64,000 bases of DNA from Deferribacterales bacterium (GTDB taxonomy: Bacteria; Chrysiogenota; Deferribacteres; Deferribacterales; Geovibrionaceae), in contig JBFWJS010000001.1 of assembly GCA_050253075.1 (NCBI GenBank), positions 544,001-608,000 of the forward strand. Direction: 5' to 3'. Made by a program: the position numbers and the translations under genes. The notes below the pieces were generated by a model. That model searched no databases, was not told where the DNA came from, and saw nothing but the letters and a program-made list of their open reading frames with translations. Within the stretch, counting starts at the first letter, position 1. Every line of letters starts with the position of its first letter. Positions 18,008 to 29,027 of this stretch are shown here, piece after piece.

Positions 18008-20685
18008 AAAACCGCATCGGAATAGGCAAGCTCTTCATCATTATATTCATGTTCTTTCTGGTTCTGCCTCTTATGGCTATATCCATGATATTCCTCTCCA
18101 CAGTCTATGAAACCAACAGCAAAAAGATATCAAGGGACATCGAAGCCGTCACCTATGCCATAGCGTCTAAGGTGAATACAAGGCTCGAGGTGCCCGCCAC
18201 ATACATGATGACCCTCGCAGACCTCATCACCGAAAAGGGCTCGGAAGCCGACCTTAAAGAACTGGTGCATCTGGGGATAAAGAACAATACGGTGTTCAGC
18301 GCCATATACATTCTGGACAGTGAGAAACGCATAAAAGAGCTGGCATTCAGCAGCTTTACAAAATACGCCAGAGAGGACTTCATCGGGATAAAACTGAACG
18401 AGGTCAAAAAGTTCGAAGACTATAGCTATTACTGGAGCAGTCCGTTTATCTCTCTGGTGAATAACGACTATGTGGTCAGGGTGTCCGTGGGTATGCCTGA
18501 CGGATACGTGGTCAGCGACATCAGTCTTAAATTCCTCGCATCCTCCCTTATCAAAAGCAGCCTGCTGGACATGACCAGTATATACCTCGTCAGCGACGAC
18601 GGTAATGTTATTTCGTCAAACTTTGAAAGTGACGAATACATCCACTCCAGCATGTTTGAGCACCCTCTGGTGAAAGAGGGTCTGAGGGGAAGGCACCTGC
18701 TGAAAGGCTATGTATGGGAAGGCAAAAATAAGATAGGCGCAATATATAAACTGCCTATCACGAGCTGGTATCTCCTGCTGGAGCAGGATCAGACAGAGGC
18801 TTTCAGGTTTTTCAAAGAGATTCTTAACATAGCGGTCATATCGGCTTTTCTGGTGCTGTTCTTCATCGTTGCTGTACTATTTTTCCTCAGACGAAAGCTG
18901 ATAAAGCCTATCCGTACCCTCACTATACAGAGTGAGAAGGTGTCCCGAGGGGATGTGATAAAGTTCAGCGAAGAGGAAAAGGCCGTTTTCGCAGAGCTGC
19001 ACACACTTTACGAAGGCTTTGAAAACATGTCTGCGAAGATACGCAAGAGGGAAGCATCACTCAAAGAGAAAGAAGAATACATCCGCTCCATATTCGACTC
19101 CACCACAAACACGGGCATAATGGTGTTCAGCGCATACGGCGAAGGCTCGCTGACGGATGCCAATATGGGCGCCCAGCTTATGCTCGGGTATAAGCTGTCT
19201 GAGATGATAGGCTTTGACCCTGCGGGTTTTGTGAAAGGGGGCGGAGACGACATAGGCAGGCTCATGCGGGACGCTGTGAAGCGGTACAGCATGACCACCG
19301 GACGATTCGAAATGGTGAAAAAGAACGGCATCCTATTCCCCGTGCTGGGGACTGTGCATCCGCTCATCTCAGACAAGGGAGATATAGAGCATTTTATCGT
19401 CGTTTTCATCGACATTACAGAGATCACCCGTGTGCAGAATGCTCTGGAAAATGAGAAAGAGCATCTGGACGTCACCCTTAAAAGCATCGGTGAAGGCGTT
19501 ATCGCCACAGACAAACAGGGACGTGTGACCCTGCTGAACAGCAGCGCAGAGAGCATCCTCGCCCAGAAGAGCAGATATCTGCTGGGGCACAGCATAAAGG
19601 AAGTGATGCGCATATACGACTTTGAAACGGGGGATGACCTCGCAGACGAGCTGGTAGCAAGCGGTATAGGCTCTAAGCGGACATTCCGTGCAAATATCAT
19701 AAGCAAACACGCAGGTATAATCACGGTGACGCTGACAGCATCGGGCATGCTGAACAGTAAAGGCGAGATACTAGGCTTTGTTTACGTTTTCCGTGATATC
19801 ACCGACCGCATAAAGATGGATCAGGAGCTTATCAAACGAAAGGTAGAGCTGGAAACAGTTAATAAAAACCTCGAAAAACGCATTACGGAAGAGACAGAAA
19901 AGAGGCGGAAAAATGAACAGCTTCTCTTCGAACAGGCAAAGTTCGCCGCTATGGGACAGATGATAAGTGCCATTGCTCACCAGTGGAGACAGCCTCTTAA
20001 CGCCCTCGCCCTTTATACGCAGGATATAGAGGAAGCCTACGAACACGACGAGGTGAATGCGGAGTATCTTTCTAAATTTGTAGAAAATTCCATGAAGATG
20101 ATAAATCACATGTCGGGGACCATTGACGACTTTAGAAATTTCTTCCACTCCACCAATCTCAAAGAGGAAGTGGACTTTGTACGGGTGGTCTGCGACAGTA
20201 TATCGCTGATATCCACACAGCTGAAAAATCAGAATATAAATTATGAGCTGACAATTATTGCCGATGGTAAAGAGGACGTGTTTGTGAACTCCATGCCTGC
20301 GCCGAATGTTAAATACGGCAGGGAGATAAAGATAATCACCAGCGAGCTGAAGCAGGTTGTGCTGAACATAATGCAGAACGCTCGTGATGCCATCAGCGAG
20401 AAACGCACGGGAGCCCTGAAAAGAGCAGGGAATATACATATAACTGTGGCGTATGATAAAAATAAGGTAGTGACAACCATAGGCAACGACGGAGGCAACA
20501 TCCCCGAGGAGCATCTGGTCAGCATATTCGACCCTTATTACACCACAAAGCCCGAGGGAGAAGGCACGGGGATAGGTCTTTACATGTCTAAAGTGATGGT
20601 GGAAGACCACATGGGAGGTCTGCTCGTAGCGGGTAATATAGACGGCGGAGCCGTGTTCACAATCACTCTCTACTATGATGAGTAA
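18004..20685 (+). CDS. Membrane sensor histidine kinase (Cache-HAMP-PAS-PAS-HK)
   Basis: Two TM helices, IAHQWRQPLN H-box, NIMQNA, GTGIGLY. Confidence 0.9.
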   Translation: MKNRIGIGKLFIIIFMFFLVLPLMAISMIFLSTVYETNSKKISRDIEAVTYAIASKVNTRLEVPATYMMTLADLITEKGSEADLKELVHLGIKNNTVFSAIYILDSEKRIKELAFSSFTKYAREDFIGIKLNEVKKFEDYSYYWSSPFISLVNNDYVVRVSVGMPDGYVVSDISLKFLASSLIKSSLLDMTSIYLVSDDGNVISSNFESDEYIHSSMFEHPLVKEGLRGRHLLKGYVWEGKNKIGAIYKLPITSWYLLLEQDQTEAFRFFKEILNIAVISAFLVLFFIVAVLFFLRRKLIKPIRTLTIQSEKVSRGDVIKFSEEEKAVFAELHTLYEGFENMSAKIRKREASLKEKEEYIRSIFDSTTNTGIMVFSAYGEGSLTDANMGAQLMLGYKLSEMIGFDPAGFVKGGGDDIGRLMRDAVKRYSMTTGRFEMVKKNGILFPVLGTVHPLISDKGDIEHFIVVFIDITEITRVQNALENEKEHLDVTLKSIGEGVIATDKQGRVTLLNSSAESILAQKSRYLLGHSIKEVMRIYDFETGDDLADELVASGIGSKRTFRANIISKHAGIITVTLTASGMLNSKGEILGFVYVFRDITDRIKMDQELIKRKVELETVNKNLEKRITEETEKRRKNEQLLFEQAKFAAMGQMISAIAHQWRQPLNALALYTQDIEEAYEHDEVNAEYLSKFVENSMKMINHMSGTIDDFRNFFHSTNLKEEVDFVRVVCDSISLISTQLKNQNINYELTIIADGKEDVFVNSMPAPNVKYGREIKIITSELKQVVLNIMQNARDAISEKRTGALKRAGNIHITVAYDKNKVVTTIGNDGGNIPEEHLVSIFDPYYTTKPEGEGTGIGLYMSKVMVEDHMGGLLVAGNIDGGAVFTITLYYDE

Positions 20686-20750
20686 AAAAATATTACATTG
20701 TAAGTAGTGTTTATGTGTGATAGAAAAGTTATTATAGGTAGTATACAGAT

Positions 20751-22001
20751 ATGGGACTAGTTTATATTGATGACGTAAAACCCGGAATGAAACTTGAAAA
20801 GGACCTTGTGTGCCCTAACGGTCGATTTCTGCTCGGAAAAGGCGCCGTTTTTGAAACCAAGCATATCAAGATAGCAAAATCCTGGGGAATAACCGAAGCA
20901 TTCATTGAAGGTAAAGATAAAAATCTGCTGGACAGCGAGGCTGAGGCGGCATTTTCTCCGGAAGAGCTGGACACTGCCGAACAGATCCTTCAGCAGAATT
21001 TTAAGAATACAGACATGTCTGTAGATGCCACAAAAGAAATATTCAGGCTGAACAAGCTGACAATAGCAAGAGCGCTGAAAGACGGAGATCTCTCCGCCGA
21101 GGACGCTCTTAAACCTATAGAAGTGGGCGAACTGAAAGTACCTGCCCCGATAGATAAATCTAAAATGACAGCGGCCTCACTCGTCGAAAAAGAGATAGGG
21201 CTCGCGTCTTTCCCCGACATCTACTACAAGATCAACGAAGTTCTCAACTCTCCCAGAAGCTCTGCATCACACATGGCAGACGTGGTGGAGAAGGATACCA
21301 GCTTATCCGCAAAACTTCTTAAGATCGTTAACAGCGCATTTTACAGTTTCCCTTCGAAGATAGATTCCATAAGACGTGCCATCACTATCATCGGCACGAA
21401 AGAGCTGGCGACCCTTGCTGTCGGCATCTCTGCCATTGAGGCATTTCAGGGTATACCAAAAGAGCTGACAAACATGAGACTCTTCTGGAGACATTCCATC
21501 GCCTGCGGTGTTTTCGCAAGGCTGCTCGGCACATATGTCGAGGGTGTTTCCACAGAGAGACTTTTCGTCTCCGGTCTGCTTCACGACGTGGGCAGACTCG
21601 TGCTTTTCCGCTCTCTCCCGGAATACTCCGCATATTCGCTTCAGCTCAGCATAAGAGACTGCAGACCTCTCGCCTCTGTGGAGAAAGAGCTGCTCGGTTT
21701 TGAACATGCCGATGTGGGCAGTGCCCTTATGGAAAAGTGGAAATTCCCTACTAAGCTCATAAAGAACGTAAGATTCCACCATGCTGATGCAGCTGTGGAT
21801 ATAGAGTCGTCTATACTGAACATTGCGGACTGCCTTGCCATAGCATTTGGTTCGCCTGTGTCGGTGTCTACTGTCGTGCCTTCGATAAACCCTGCGATAT
21901 GGAACAGCCTCGGGCTTTCGCCTTCGGTTATCCAGCCTATCGTCAGCCAGTCGGAACGCCAGATAGATGAGATCGAAGACGTATTTTTTGCGGTGCTATA
22001 A
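20751..22001 (+). CDS. HDOD domain protein
   Basis: LLKIVNSAFY, FWRHS, GLLHDVGRL, HADVG, VRFHH. Confidence 0.88.
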   Translation: MGLVYIDDVKPGMKLEKDLVCPNGRFLLGKGAVFETKHIKIAKSWGITEAFIEGKDKNLLDSEAEAAFSPEELDTAEQILQQNFKNTDMSVDATKEIFRLNKLTIARALKDGDLSAEDALKPIEVGELKVPAPIDKSKMTAASLVEKEIGLASFPDIYYKINEVLNSPRSSASHMADVVEKDTSLSAKLLKIVNSAFYSFPSKIDSIRRAITIIGTKELATLAVGISAIEAFQGIPKELTNMRLFWRHSIACGVFARLLGTYVEGVSTERLFVSGLLHDVGRLVLFRSLPEYSAYSLQLSIRDCRPLASVEKELLGFEHADVGSALMEKWKFPTKLIKNVRFHHADAAVDIESSILNIADCLAIAFGSPVSVSTVVPSINPAIWNSLGLSPSVIQPIVSQSERQIDEIEDVFFAVL

Positions 22002-23536
22002 TGGATAAAGAACGGGTCAGGTTTCTCGAGGAGAGGGTCGAATACCTTCTTCAGGAGAAAACCGGAACACTTAAAGCTCTTGAAAACGTGCTTGAGGTCG
22101 ATGACCTTTCCGTAAGCCTGAACAAGCTGGAAAGTACTGATATCATTGTGCAGCGTGCTTATAAAAAGCTGTCCAAGCTGATAAAGGTGAAGTGCGCCGG
22201 CTTTATGCTGGTGGACGAGACCAGCGGATTCTTTACCCCTGCTGCATTCTTCCCCGAAGAGTGCCGTGACGACCTCATCGCTGAAACAGATAAACTCATC
22301 ATGGACAACACCTTCGCCCTTGCGGTGAAGGCGAACAGATCCATCACCGTAAAGAGCAAAGAGCTGAAAGGATATCTCCTCGTACACGCCCTCTCTACAG
22401 TTTCCAGAACGAGAGGCATGTTCATATGTCATCTGGACATGAGCAAAGAGGATGTGCCAGATGCGGTATTCTCGCTCATCACCATCGTAATGAATAACAC
22501 GGCTCACCTTCTGGAGAGCTTCGAACTATACAACAGAAACAAAACTGCCAATGAGCTCCTAACTAAGAGTGTGCAGCGTCTGGAGCAGTCGGAAACCCAC
22601 CTCAAGAGCTTTAACGAAAAGCTGGAGGAAGAGGTCGAATCCCGTACGAAAGAGCTGAAAGCGACAAACTCTCTCCTCGAAAACGAGATAAGCGAGAGGA
22701 AAAAGATAGAGAAGCTCCTCATTCAGCAGAAGGAAGCACTCGAAAACCTGAACGAAACTCTTGAAAACAGAGTAGCGATAGAGACAGAAAACCGCAGAAA
22801 GAGCGAACAGGTGCTCCACGAACAGAGCAAGATGGCAGCAATGGGTCAGATGCTCACTGCCATATCCCACCAGTGGAGACAGCCCCTTAACTCTCTCGGC
22901 CTCGTGATACAGGACATTCAGGACGAGTACGACGAGAACGGACTCTCAAAAGAATACCTGAACGAAAGCATAGCAAAAGCTGTGAAGCTGCTCCTGCATA
23001 TGTCATCGACCATAGACGATTTTCGTACTCTGGTGGAGACTGAGGACGAGAACGGCGGCGAGTTTAACGTGTTTGATGCGGTGAAGGATGTCTCTGCACT
23101 CCTTTCCGAAAGCTATAATAACGACGGTATCTTTATAGAATCTGAATGTCTGGTGGAAAATGGACAGGAAAACAGCCTCATTCTCAAAGGCGATGCGGGC
23201 ATATTCAAACAGATACTGATGAACATTTTCGCGAATTCGAAAGATGCCATATCCGAAAGGCTGAAAGGCGGCAAGATGTCCAGAGGGAGCATCCGCATAT
23301 CCGTGCGTGTGGAAGACGGTGCTCTTGTCACCGACATAGTGGACAACGGCGGCGGTATCGCTGCGGCTGTGCTAGACAGGGTTTTCGAGCCTTATTTCAC
23401 CACAAAGGAAGACAAGAAAGGCACAGGCATCGGACTGTATATGTCAAAGATTTTTATCGAAGAACATATGCAGGGTTCCATTACGGCGGGGAATACAGGC
23501 GACGGAGCTGTCGTCACACTCGTCTTTTCTTTATAA
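22001..23536 (+). CDS. Cytoplasmic sensor histidine kinase
   Basis: ISHQWRQPLN, DNGGGI, GTGIGLY; GAF-like N-terminus and coiled coil. Confidence 0.88.
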   Translation: MDKERVRFLEERVEYLLQEKTGTLKALENVLEVDDLSVSLNKLESTDIIVQRAYKKLSKLIKVKCAGFMLVDETSGFFTPAAFFPEECRDDLIAETDKLIMDNTFALAVKANRSITVKSKELKGYLLVHALSTVSRTRGMFICHLDMSKEDVPDAVFSLITIVMNNTAHLLESFELYNRNKTANELLTKSVQRLEQSETHLKSFNEKLEEEVESRTKELKATNSLLENEISERKKIEKLLIQQKEALENLNETLENRVAIETENRRKSEQVLHEQSKMAAMGQMLTAISHQWRQPLNSLGLVIQDIQDEYDENGLSKEYLNESIAKAVKLLLHMSSTIDDFRTLVETEDENGGEFNVFDAVKDVSALLSESYNNDGIFIESECLVENGQENSLILKGDAGIFKQILMNIFANSKDAISERLKGGKMSRGSIRISVRVEDGALVTDIVDNGGGIAAAVLDRVFEPYFTTKEDKKGTGIGLYMSKIFIEEHMQGSITAGNTGDGAVVTLVFSL

Positions 23537-23610
23537 TCTAAGCACTTATCGTTTGCAGACAGACATCGGCAGAGTTATCTTTTAAATAGACAGTAAAGCT
23601 GTATCCAAAG

Positions 23611-26600
23611 GTGACAATGGGCAGATATATTAAGAACCTGACCGTAATTTCTGATGATGTGCGGGGGCTTTTTGAAAGTGAGCTTTCGCCTGAGTACAGT
23701 GTCGTGAGCTCCTCTGATGCTTTGCAGGGGCTGAACCGTGACTTTGTACTGATAGACGCACGCAGTGAGGATACGCCCGTTAGCGATCTTCTCCGTGTGA
23801 TAAACTCTCCGCTCATAATAGCCGCAGGCGCTTCTGCCGAAGTCAAAAGAGATATCCTGAAACATAAATCCACAGTCTTTCTGACCGTTCCCCTTATGGA
23901 AAGCGAGCTCGAAAATATCATCCTGATGAATACATCCTGCCGAAATATGAATCTGGAAGAACAGATATACGAAGAATTTATCGAAAACACCGACGACATA
24001 GTTACAAGGGTGAACGGCGATGCAGTATTCACCTATGTGAACGGAGCGTGCGAGAGGCTCTACGGCCTTCCCAGAAGCAGTCTGATCGGGAGCAGTGCCC
24101 TTGATTATGTCCACCCCGATGACGTGGAGCGCACCAGAGACGCATTCGAAAGCTGGATTAAAAACCGAGCAGGCAGAGCATCTTTTATAAACAGATACAT
24201 ACTCCCCGACGGCAGTGAAATACAGCTCTTATGGACTATAAATCTGCACTATTCCTCTTCGGGCGGGTTTCTTTATGCCAACAGCATCGCACGGGACGTT
24301 ACAGAACGCATCGTCGCCGAGAAAGCATTGAAAAAGAGCGAATCATCCCTGCGGGCTATACTGGACGCCGCAGAGGATGTCGTCATCATGATAGACAGGA
24401 ACGGAACCATACTGGACTGCAACATACACTTTGCGAAGCTGATGAGGGAGGATATCGGATCTCTCCTCGGGCAGTGCGTCTGGGATATACCATACATAGG
24501 CAAGAGCGGCGAACGTAAGCTGATATTCGAGGAAGTAGTCAGGACGGGAAAAGCCGTAAAGTTCGAGGACTACGGCGGACGTGCGTGGTATTCCGTACAC
24601 GCTGCACCCGTTGCCGTGGAAGACTCGGCTATGGAGCGGTATGTGGTCTTTGCAAAGGACATAACCGAAAAGAAAGAATCCGAAGAATACGATAAAATGA
24701 ACGAAGAACGCCACAGATCCCTTGCCATACTGGGGCAGATGTACGAGGCGGACTTTGAAGAGATACTGGAATTCGCCCTTGAGAGTGCGATGATACAGGC
24801 CATGAGCCTGGGCGGATTCATAGCAGAATATGACAGCGTGGACAACTCGCTGCGGATGAATGTCATAAAGAAACCGCAGGATAAAATGGTGCGGATATGC
24901 AGTGGTGAGAGAGTCGACCTTGCACAGTTCTCCGATATCGCATCGGCACTGTCGGGGAAGAAACCCGTGCTGAGGAATCGGCAGAGGGTGCTCGTCCCCT
25001 GTATCGAAAAGGGGTGTCAGGAATACCTGGAAAACGCCATCATAGTGCCCATTATGGCACAGGGCGAGCCGAGGCTGGTGCTCTGCGTATACGGTAAAAA
25101 GACAAGCTATCATAATACCGAATCCCTCGGTCTGGTGCACTTCATGGAGGGGGTGTGGAGGCTGAAAGAGCGGAAAGACACAGAAAAGACCATTAGTCAG
25201 CTTAATCTGGAGCTGGAGAGGAAGGTTGCCGTGCGCACTGCTCAGCTCAAAGAGAGCGAGGTGCGGTTCCGCACAGCTTTTGAGTCCACCGTGCACGGCA
25301 TGGTAATAATCGGGCTGACGGGGATGATACTGCAGGCGAATGCCTCATATGCAAAGATGCTGGGGTATGACGAAGACGAACTGGTCGGCATGGGGATGGG
25401 TGCTATCACACATCCTGATGATAGGGAAAAGAGCAGGGATTCTCTGGCTGAACTGATAGCGGGGAATTCCGAACACATTGAGCTCATAAAAAGATATGTG
25501 AGAAAGGACGGAGGGTATGTCACGGCGACGGTGAATGCCGCACTCATAAGAAATGATGCGGGCGAGCCTGCATATGTTGTTTCAAACGTGGTGAACATCA
25601 CCGAGACGGAGATGATGCGCAAGGAGCGGGATAAGATATTCGAGCTCAGCCGGGACCTGATAGGTATCGCAGATTTCAAAGGACATCTTTACTACATAAA
25701 CCCTGCCTTTTGCGAACTGCTCGGATACAGCGTGGACGAGCTGATGAACAGGAACCTCTTCGAGGTTTTCCGTGACGAGGACAGAGCACAGGCAGAGGAT
25801 ATATTCTCTATGCTGGACGGGAATGACGGCGGATTCGTCTATGACTCGTTTCATAATCTGCCCGAGGGTAAATCCAGGTGGATATCATGGACATTCAACA
25901 CTGACAGGCAGAACAACCGCCTGTACGGCATAGGGCGTGATGTCACAGACAGGACAATGCACGAGGAAAATCTGAAAAAAGCGAAAGACGAGGCTGAGAA
26001 AGCGAACCGTGCAAAGAGCGAATTTCTCGCTAATATCAGCCATGAGATAAGAACACCGCTTAACGCAGTTATAGGATTCAGCGAGCTCCTTTCCACACAG
26101 GTATACGACTCCAAAGGACTGTCATACATAGACTCTATAAAGACGAGCGGTAAGTCTCTGCTGAACCTTATCAACGACATTCTGGATATATCAAAGCTGG
26201 AATCCGTGGACGCCACGCCCGTTCTGATACCTTCGAACATAAAGAACCTGATGGACGAGATGATGCGTGTCTTCGGATACCGCACATTCAACTCAGGGAT
26301 AAAGCTGGGCTACTCCATCGATAAGGATGTGCCTGACTATATGCTTATCGATGTATCGAGGCTGAGGCAGGTTCTGCTGAACCTGATAGGCAATGCAGTT
26401 AAATTCACAGATAAAGGGAGTGTGGATGTGTTTGTCAGTGCGGTGAAGCACATGGACAAGCACTATGATCTTTCCATACGTGTGGAGGATACGGGGATAG
26501 GTATCCCTGAAGATGAATTTGAAAATATATTTCAGCCTTTCAGGCAGCGTGCCGGGCAGAATGTTAATAAATACGGCGGAACGGGGCTTGGGCTTTCGAT

Positions 26601-27381
26601 AGCGTCTAAGCTGATGAAGATCATCGGCGGAGATATCAGCCTGGAGAGCAAGATCGGTGTCGGCAGCAGTTTTACTGTCTTTATCCCGAATGTAGCCGAA
26701 AGCGGGGTGACGGTACCCGACGAAGTGTCAGACAGCGTCAGATACACCTTTGAACATGCGAGGGTGATAGTCGCAGATGACGACATCACCAGAGACATCA
26801 TAAGAGAGATGTTGGACGACACGGGGCTGTCTGTGCTGGAAGCGCATAATGTCCTTGCTGCGGGGCACATAGCAGAGGAGATACACCCCGAGGTGATTTT
26901 ACTGTCTGCAAGGCTGGAGGACAGAAATGTCTGTGAAGCATCTTCATGGCTTAAGAGCATGGTGCCTGAAGCAAAAATCATAGCGCTCATTTCAGATGAG
27001 CTCCACTGCAGAGACGTGTCGATGATAGATGACGTGCTCGTAAAGCCGATAACATTCGGAAAGCTGATGACGTCACTTGAGAAATACATCTCCGTGAGGG
27101 AGAAAAAGATATACGAAACATCCCCGAGACGGGCGGGGGGCAGTGAAAATATAATTATTCCGCCGAAAGATACTTTTGACAATGAATTAAAACAGCTTAT
27201 ATTTAAATATGAAGGCGTTGTCGATTTTGATTATTTAGAGAAGCTGACAGCGAGGCTGAGACTTTCGGGCGATGCCTTTGCAGAGCTGGTCGAACGCCTT
27301 GATTATTTTACTGAGAATATGGAGATACAAAACATCAAGCGTATGCTGGATGAACTGAGGGATCGTATCTCTGTCGAGTGA
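23611..27381 (+). CDS. Multi-PAS/GAF hybrid histidine kinase with degenerate receiver domains (start may be ATG 23617)
   Basis: VHPDD/THPDD PAS motifs, FLANISHEIRTPLN, NLIGNAVKFT, GGTGLGL. Confidence 0.88.
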   Translation: MTMGRYIKNLTVISDDVRGLFESELSPEYSVVSSSDALQGLNRDFVLIDARSEDTPVSDLLRVINSPLIIAAGASAEVKRDILKHKSTVFLTVPLMESELENIILMNTSCRNMNLEEQIYEEFIENTDDIVTRVNGDAVFTYVNGACERLYGLPRSSLIGSSALDYVHPDDVERTRDAFESWIKNRAGRASFINRYILPDGSEIQLLWTINLHYSSSGGFLYANSIARDVTERIVAEKALKKSESSLRAILDAAEDVVIMIDRNGTILDCNIHFAKLMREDIGSLLGQCVWDIPYIGKSGERKLIFEEVVRTGKAVKFEDYGGRAWYSVHAAPVAVEDSAMERYVVFAKDITEKKESEEYDKMNEERHRSLAILGQMYEADFEEILEFALESAMIQAMSLGGFIAEYDSVDNSLRMNVIKKPQDKMVRICSGERVDLAQFSDIASALSGKKPVLRNRQRVLVPCIEKGCQEYLENAIIVPIMAQGEPRLVLCVYGKKTSYHNTESLGLVHFMEGVWRLKERKDTEKTISQLNLELERKVAVRTAQLKESEVRFRTAFESTVHGMVIIGLTGMILQANASYAKMLGYDEDELVGMGMGAITHPDDREKSRDSLAELIAGNSEHIELIKRYVRKDGGYVTATVNAALIRNDAGEPAYVVSNVVNITETEMMRKERDKIFELSRDLIGIADFKGHLYYINPAFCELLGYSVDELMNRNLFEVFRDEDRAQAEDIFSMLDGNDGGFVYDSFHNLPEGKSRWISWTFNTDRQNNRLYGIGRDVTDRTMHEENLKKAKDEAEKANRAKSEFLANISHEIRTPLNAVIGFSELLSTQVYDSKGLSYIDSIKTSGKSLLNLINDILDISKLESVDATPVLIPSNIKNLMDEMMRVFGYRTFNSGIKLGYSIDKDVPDYMLIDVSRLRQVLLNLIGNAVKFTDKGSVDVFVSAVKHMDKHYDLSIRVEDTGIGIPEDEFENIFQPFRQRAGQNVNKYGGTGLGLSIASKLMKIIGGDISLESKIGVGSSFTVFIPNVAESGVTVPDEVSDSVRYTFEHARVIVADDDITRDIIREMLDDTGLSVLEAHNVLAAGHIAEEIHPEVILLSARLEDRNVCEASSWLKSMVPEAKIIALISDELHCRDVSMIDDVLVKPITFGKLMTSLEKYISVREKKIYETSPRRAGGSENIIIPPKDTFDNELKQLIFKYEGVVDFDYLEKLTARLRLSGDAFAELVERLDYFTENMEIQNIKRMLDELRDRISVE

Positions 27382-27394
27382 TCGGGAAGGAAAT

Positions 27395-28354
27395 ATGGAA
27401 AGAAATGATATGCATGTGCTCATCGTCGATGACAACCCGCAGAACCTGAAGGTGCTGGGGAATGTGCTGAGACAGAACACCGACTACAGTCTTGCTTTCG
27501 CCGTTAGCGGAGAGGAAGCTCTTGAATATATAGCGAAGAATCTGCCTGATATGATACTGCTGGATGTGATGATGCCGGGCATGGACGGGTTTCAGGTCTG
27601 TGAAAAGCTGAGTAATGACGAGGCGACATCGGACATCCCCGTTATATTCATAACCGCAAAGAGCGAGCCCGAGGACGTCATAAAGGGCTTTAAAGTTGGC
27701 GGTGTGGACTATGTGACGAAGCCCTTTAACGAGGCTGAGCTGCTCATGCGCATCACCACGCACATGGAGCTGAAGAAATCCCGTGATATGCTGGAGCAGA
27801 AGAATAGAGAGCTGACCGAAGCATATGATAAGATCGAGCACCTTGCCCTGACAGACACCCTGACGGGTATACCGAACAGGCGTAACCTTACAAACCTCAT
27901 GGGGAAAGAGGCATCCCGAAGCAGAAGGAACGGGACGACATTTTCCATGATAATGTGCGATATAGACTTTTTCAAAAAAGTGAACGATACCTACGGCCAC
28001 GACACAGGTGACTATGTCCTTTGCGAAGTGGCATCAGAGATACAGGGTAAACTGCGCAGGCAGGACGTTGTGGGCAGATGGGGCGGAGAGGAATTCCTCA
28101 TTATGCTCCCGGAGACAAAGATGGAGGACGCCACAGGTGTCGCAGAAAAGCTGAGAGCCGCTATAGAAAACAAAGAAATGAACTTTGGCGGGCATAAATT
28201 CAACGTCACTATGACATTCGGCGTGTCAGTCTTCGAAGGCGAGCTGGGCATCGAAAAGAGCATCAAAAAAGCAGACGATGCACTCTATGAAGGGAAGCAG
28301 TCGGGACGTAATAAGGTCGTTCAGGCACACACTAAGCTGAGAAACTATCTTTAA
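27395..28354 (+). CDS. Response regulator diguanylate cyclase (REC-GGDEF)
   Basis: ILLDVMMP receiver; RRQD I-site and GRWGGEEF active site. Confidence 0.92.
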   Translation: MERNDMHVLIVDDNPQNLKVLGNVLRQNTDYSLAFAVSGEEALEYIAKNLPDMILLDVMMPGMDGFQVCEKLSNDEATSDIPVIFITAKSEPEDVIKGFKVGGVDYVTKPFNEAELLMRITTHMELKKSRDMLEQKNRELTEAYDKIEHLALTDTLTGIPNRRNLTNLMGKEASRSRRNGTTFSMIMCDIDFFKKVNDTYGHDTGDYVLCEVASEIQGKLRRQDVVGRWGGEEFLIMLPETKMEDATGVAEKLRAAIENKEMNFGGHKFNVTMTFGVSVFEGELGIEKSIKKADDALYEGKQSGRNKVVQAHTKLRNYL

Positions 28355-28868
28355 GATATTTCAGAGCGTCGTGCAGGTCATGGGCGAAGTAGTCCGCCTC
28401 GGGCACATCTGATGCCTCGTATCTGCTTGATACCAGTATGCATCTGCTGAGCCCTGCGTTCTTACCCGCCTGAACATCGGAACGCTTGTCCCCTATTATC
28501 ATTGATTCTGCCATGTTTATACCGTATTTGTCCTTTGCTTCGAGGAGCATCCCCGGCGCAGGCTTGCGGCAGAGGCACTCGCCGCCGAATTCGGGATGGT
28601 GTGGACAGTGGAAAAATTCTTTAACCGTTATCCCCTCTTCTTTTAACTTTTCAGACATGAATTCGTGGAGCTTTAATACATCGCTCTCGGCATACAGGCC
28701 TCTGGCGACCCCGGCCTGATTTGTCACTACGAACAGCTCAAAACCTCTGCCAATGGCGTATTTCAACAGGTCGAATATTCCGTCGACAAATTCGACATCT
28801 TCAGGTTTGTGTATGTATCCTTTGTCGATATTTATTATGCCGTCTCTGTCTAAAAAAAGTGCCTTCAT
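28332..28868 (-). CDS. gmhB: D-glycero-D-manno-heptose 1,7-bisphosphate phosphatase
   Basis: FLDRDG, VTNQAG, CPHHP...CLCRKP, IGDKRSD. Confidence 0.88.
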   Translation of the reverse strand: MKALFLDRDGIINIDKGYIHKPEDVEFVDGIFDLLKYAIGRGFELFVVTNQAGVARGLYAESDVLKLHEFMSEKLKEEGITVKEFFHCPHHPEFGGECLCRKPAPGMLLEAKDKYGINMAESMIIGDKRSDVQAGKNAGLSRCILVSSRYEASDVPEADYFAHDLHDALKYLKDSFSA

Positions 28869-29027
28869 GAATTAGTAATCCTTATTAATTAACAGTGTAA
28901 ATTACTGATTAATATTTCTTTATTATATACGATATTTTATGTATTATTATTGCATTTTGGGTGCAATGATAACACAATAAAGATACAATATTAAATAATA
29001 AAGAGTAAACAGCGGGATCTGCATATA

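Noticed and set aside
21641..25296. Long antisense ORFs (e.g. 21641-22507, 24343-25296) and similar shadows elsewhere
   Set aside because: Lie opposite well-supported genes and have no motifs; expected from codon bias
28909..28935. Sigma28 promoter for che operon (TTAATATT-N11-TACGATAT)
   Set aside because: Weak match in very AT-rich DNA; could be chance
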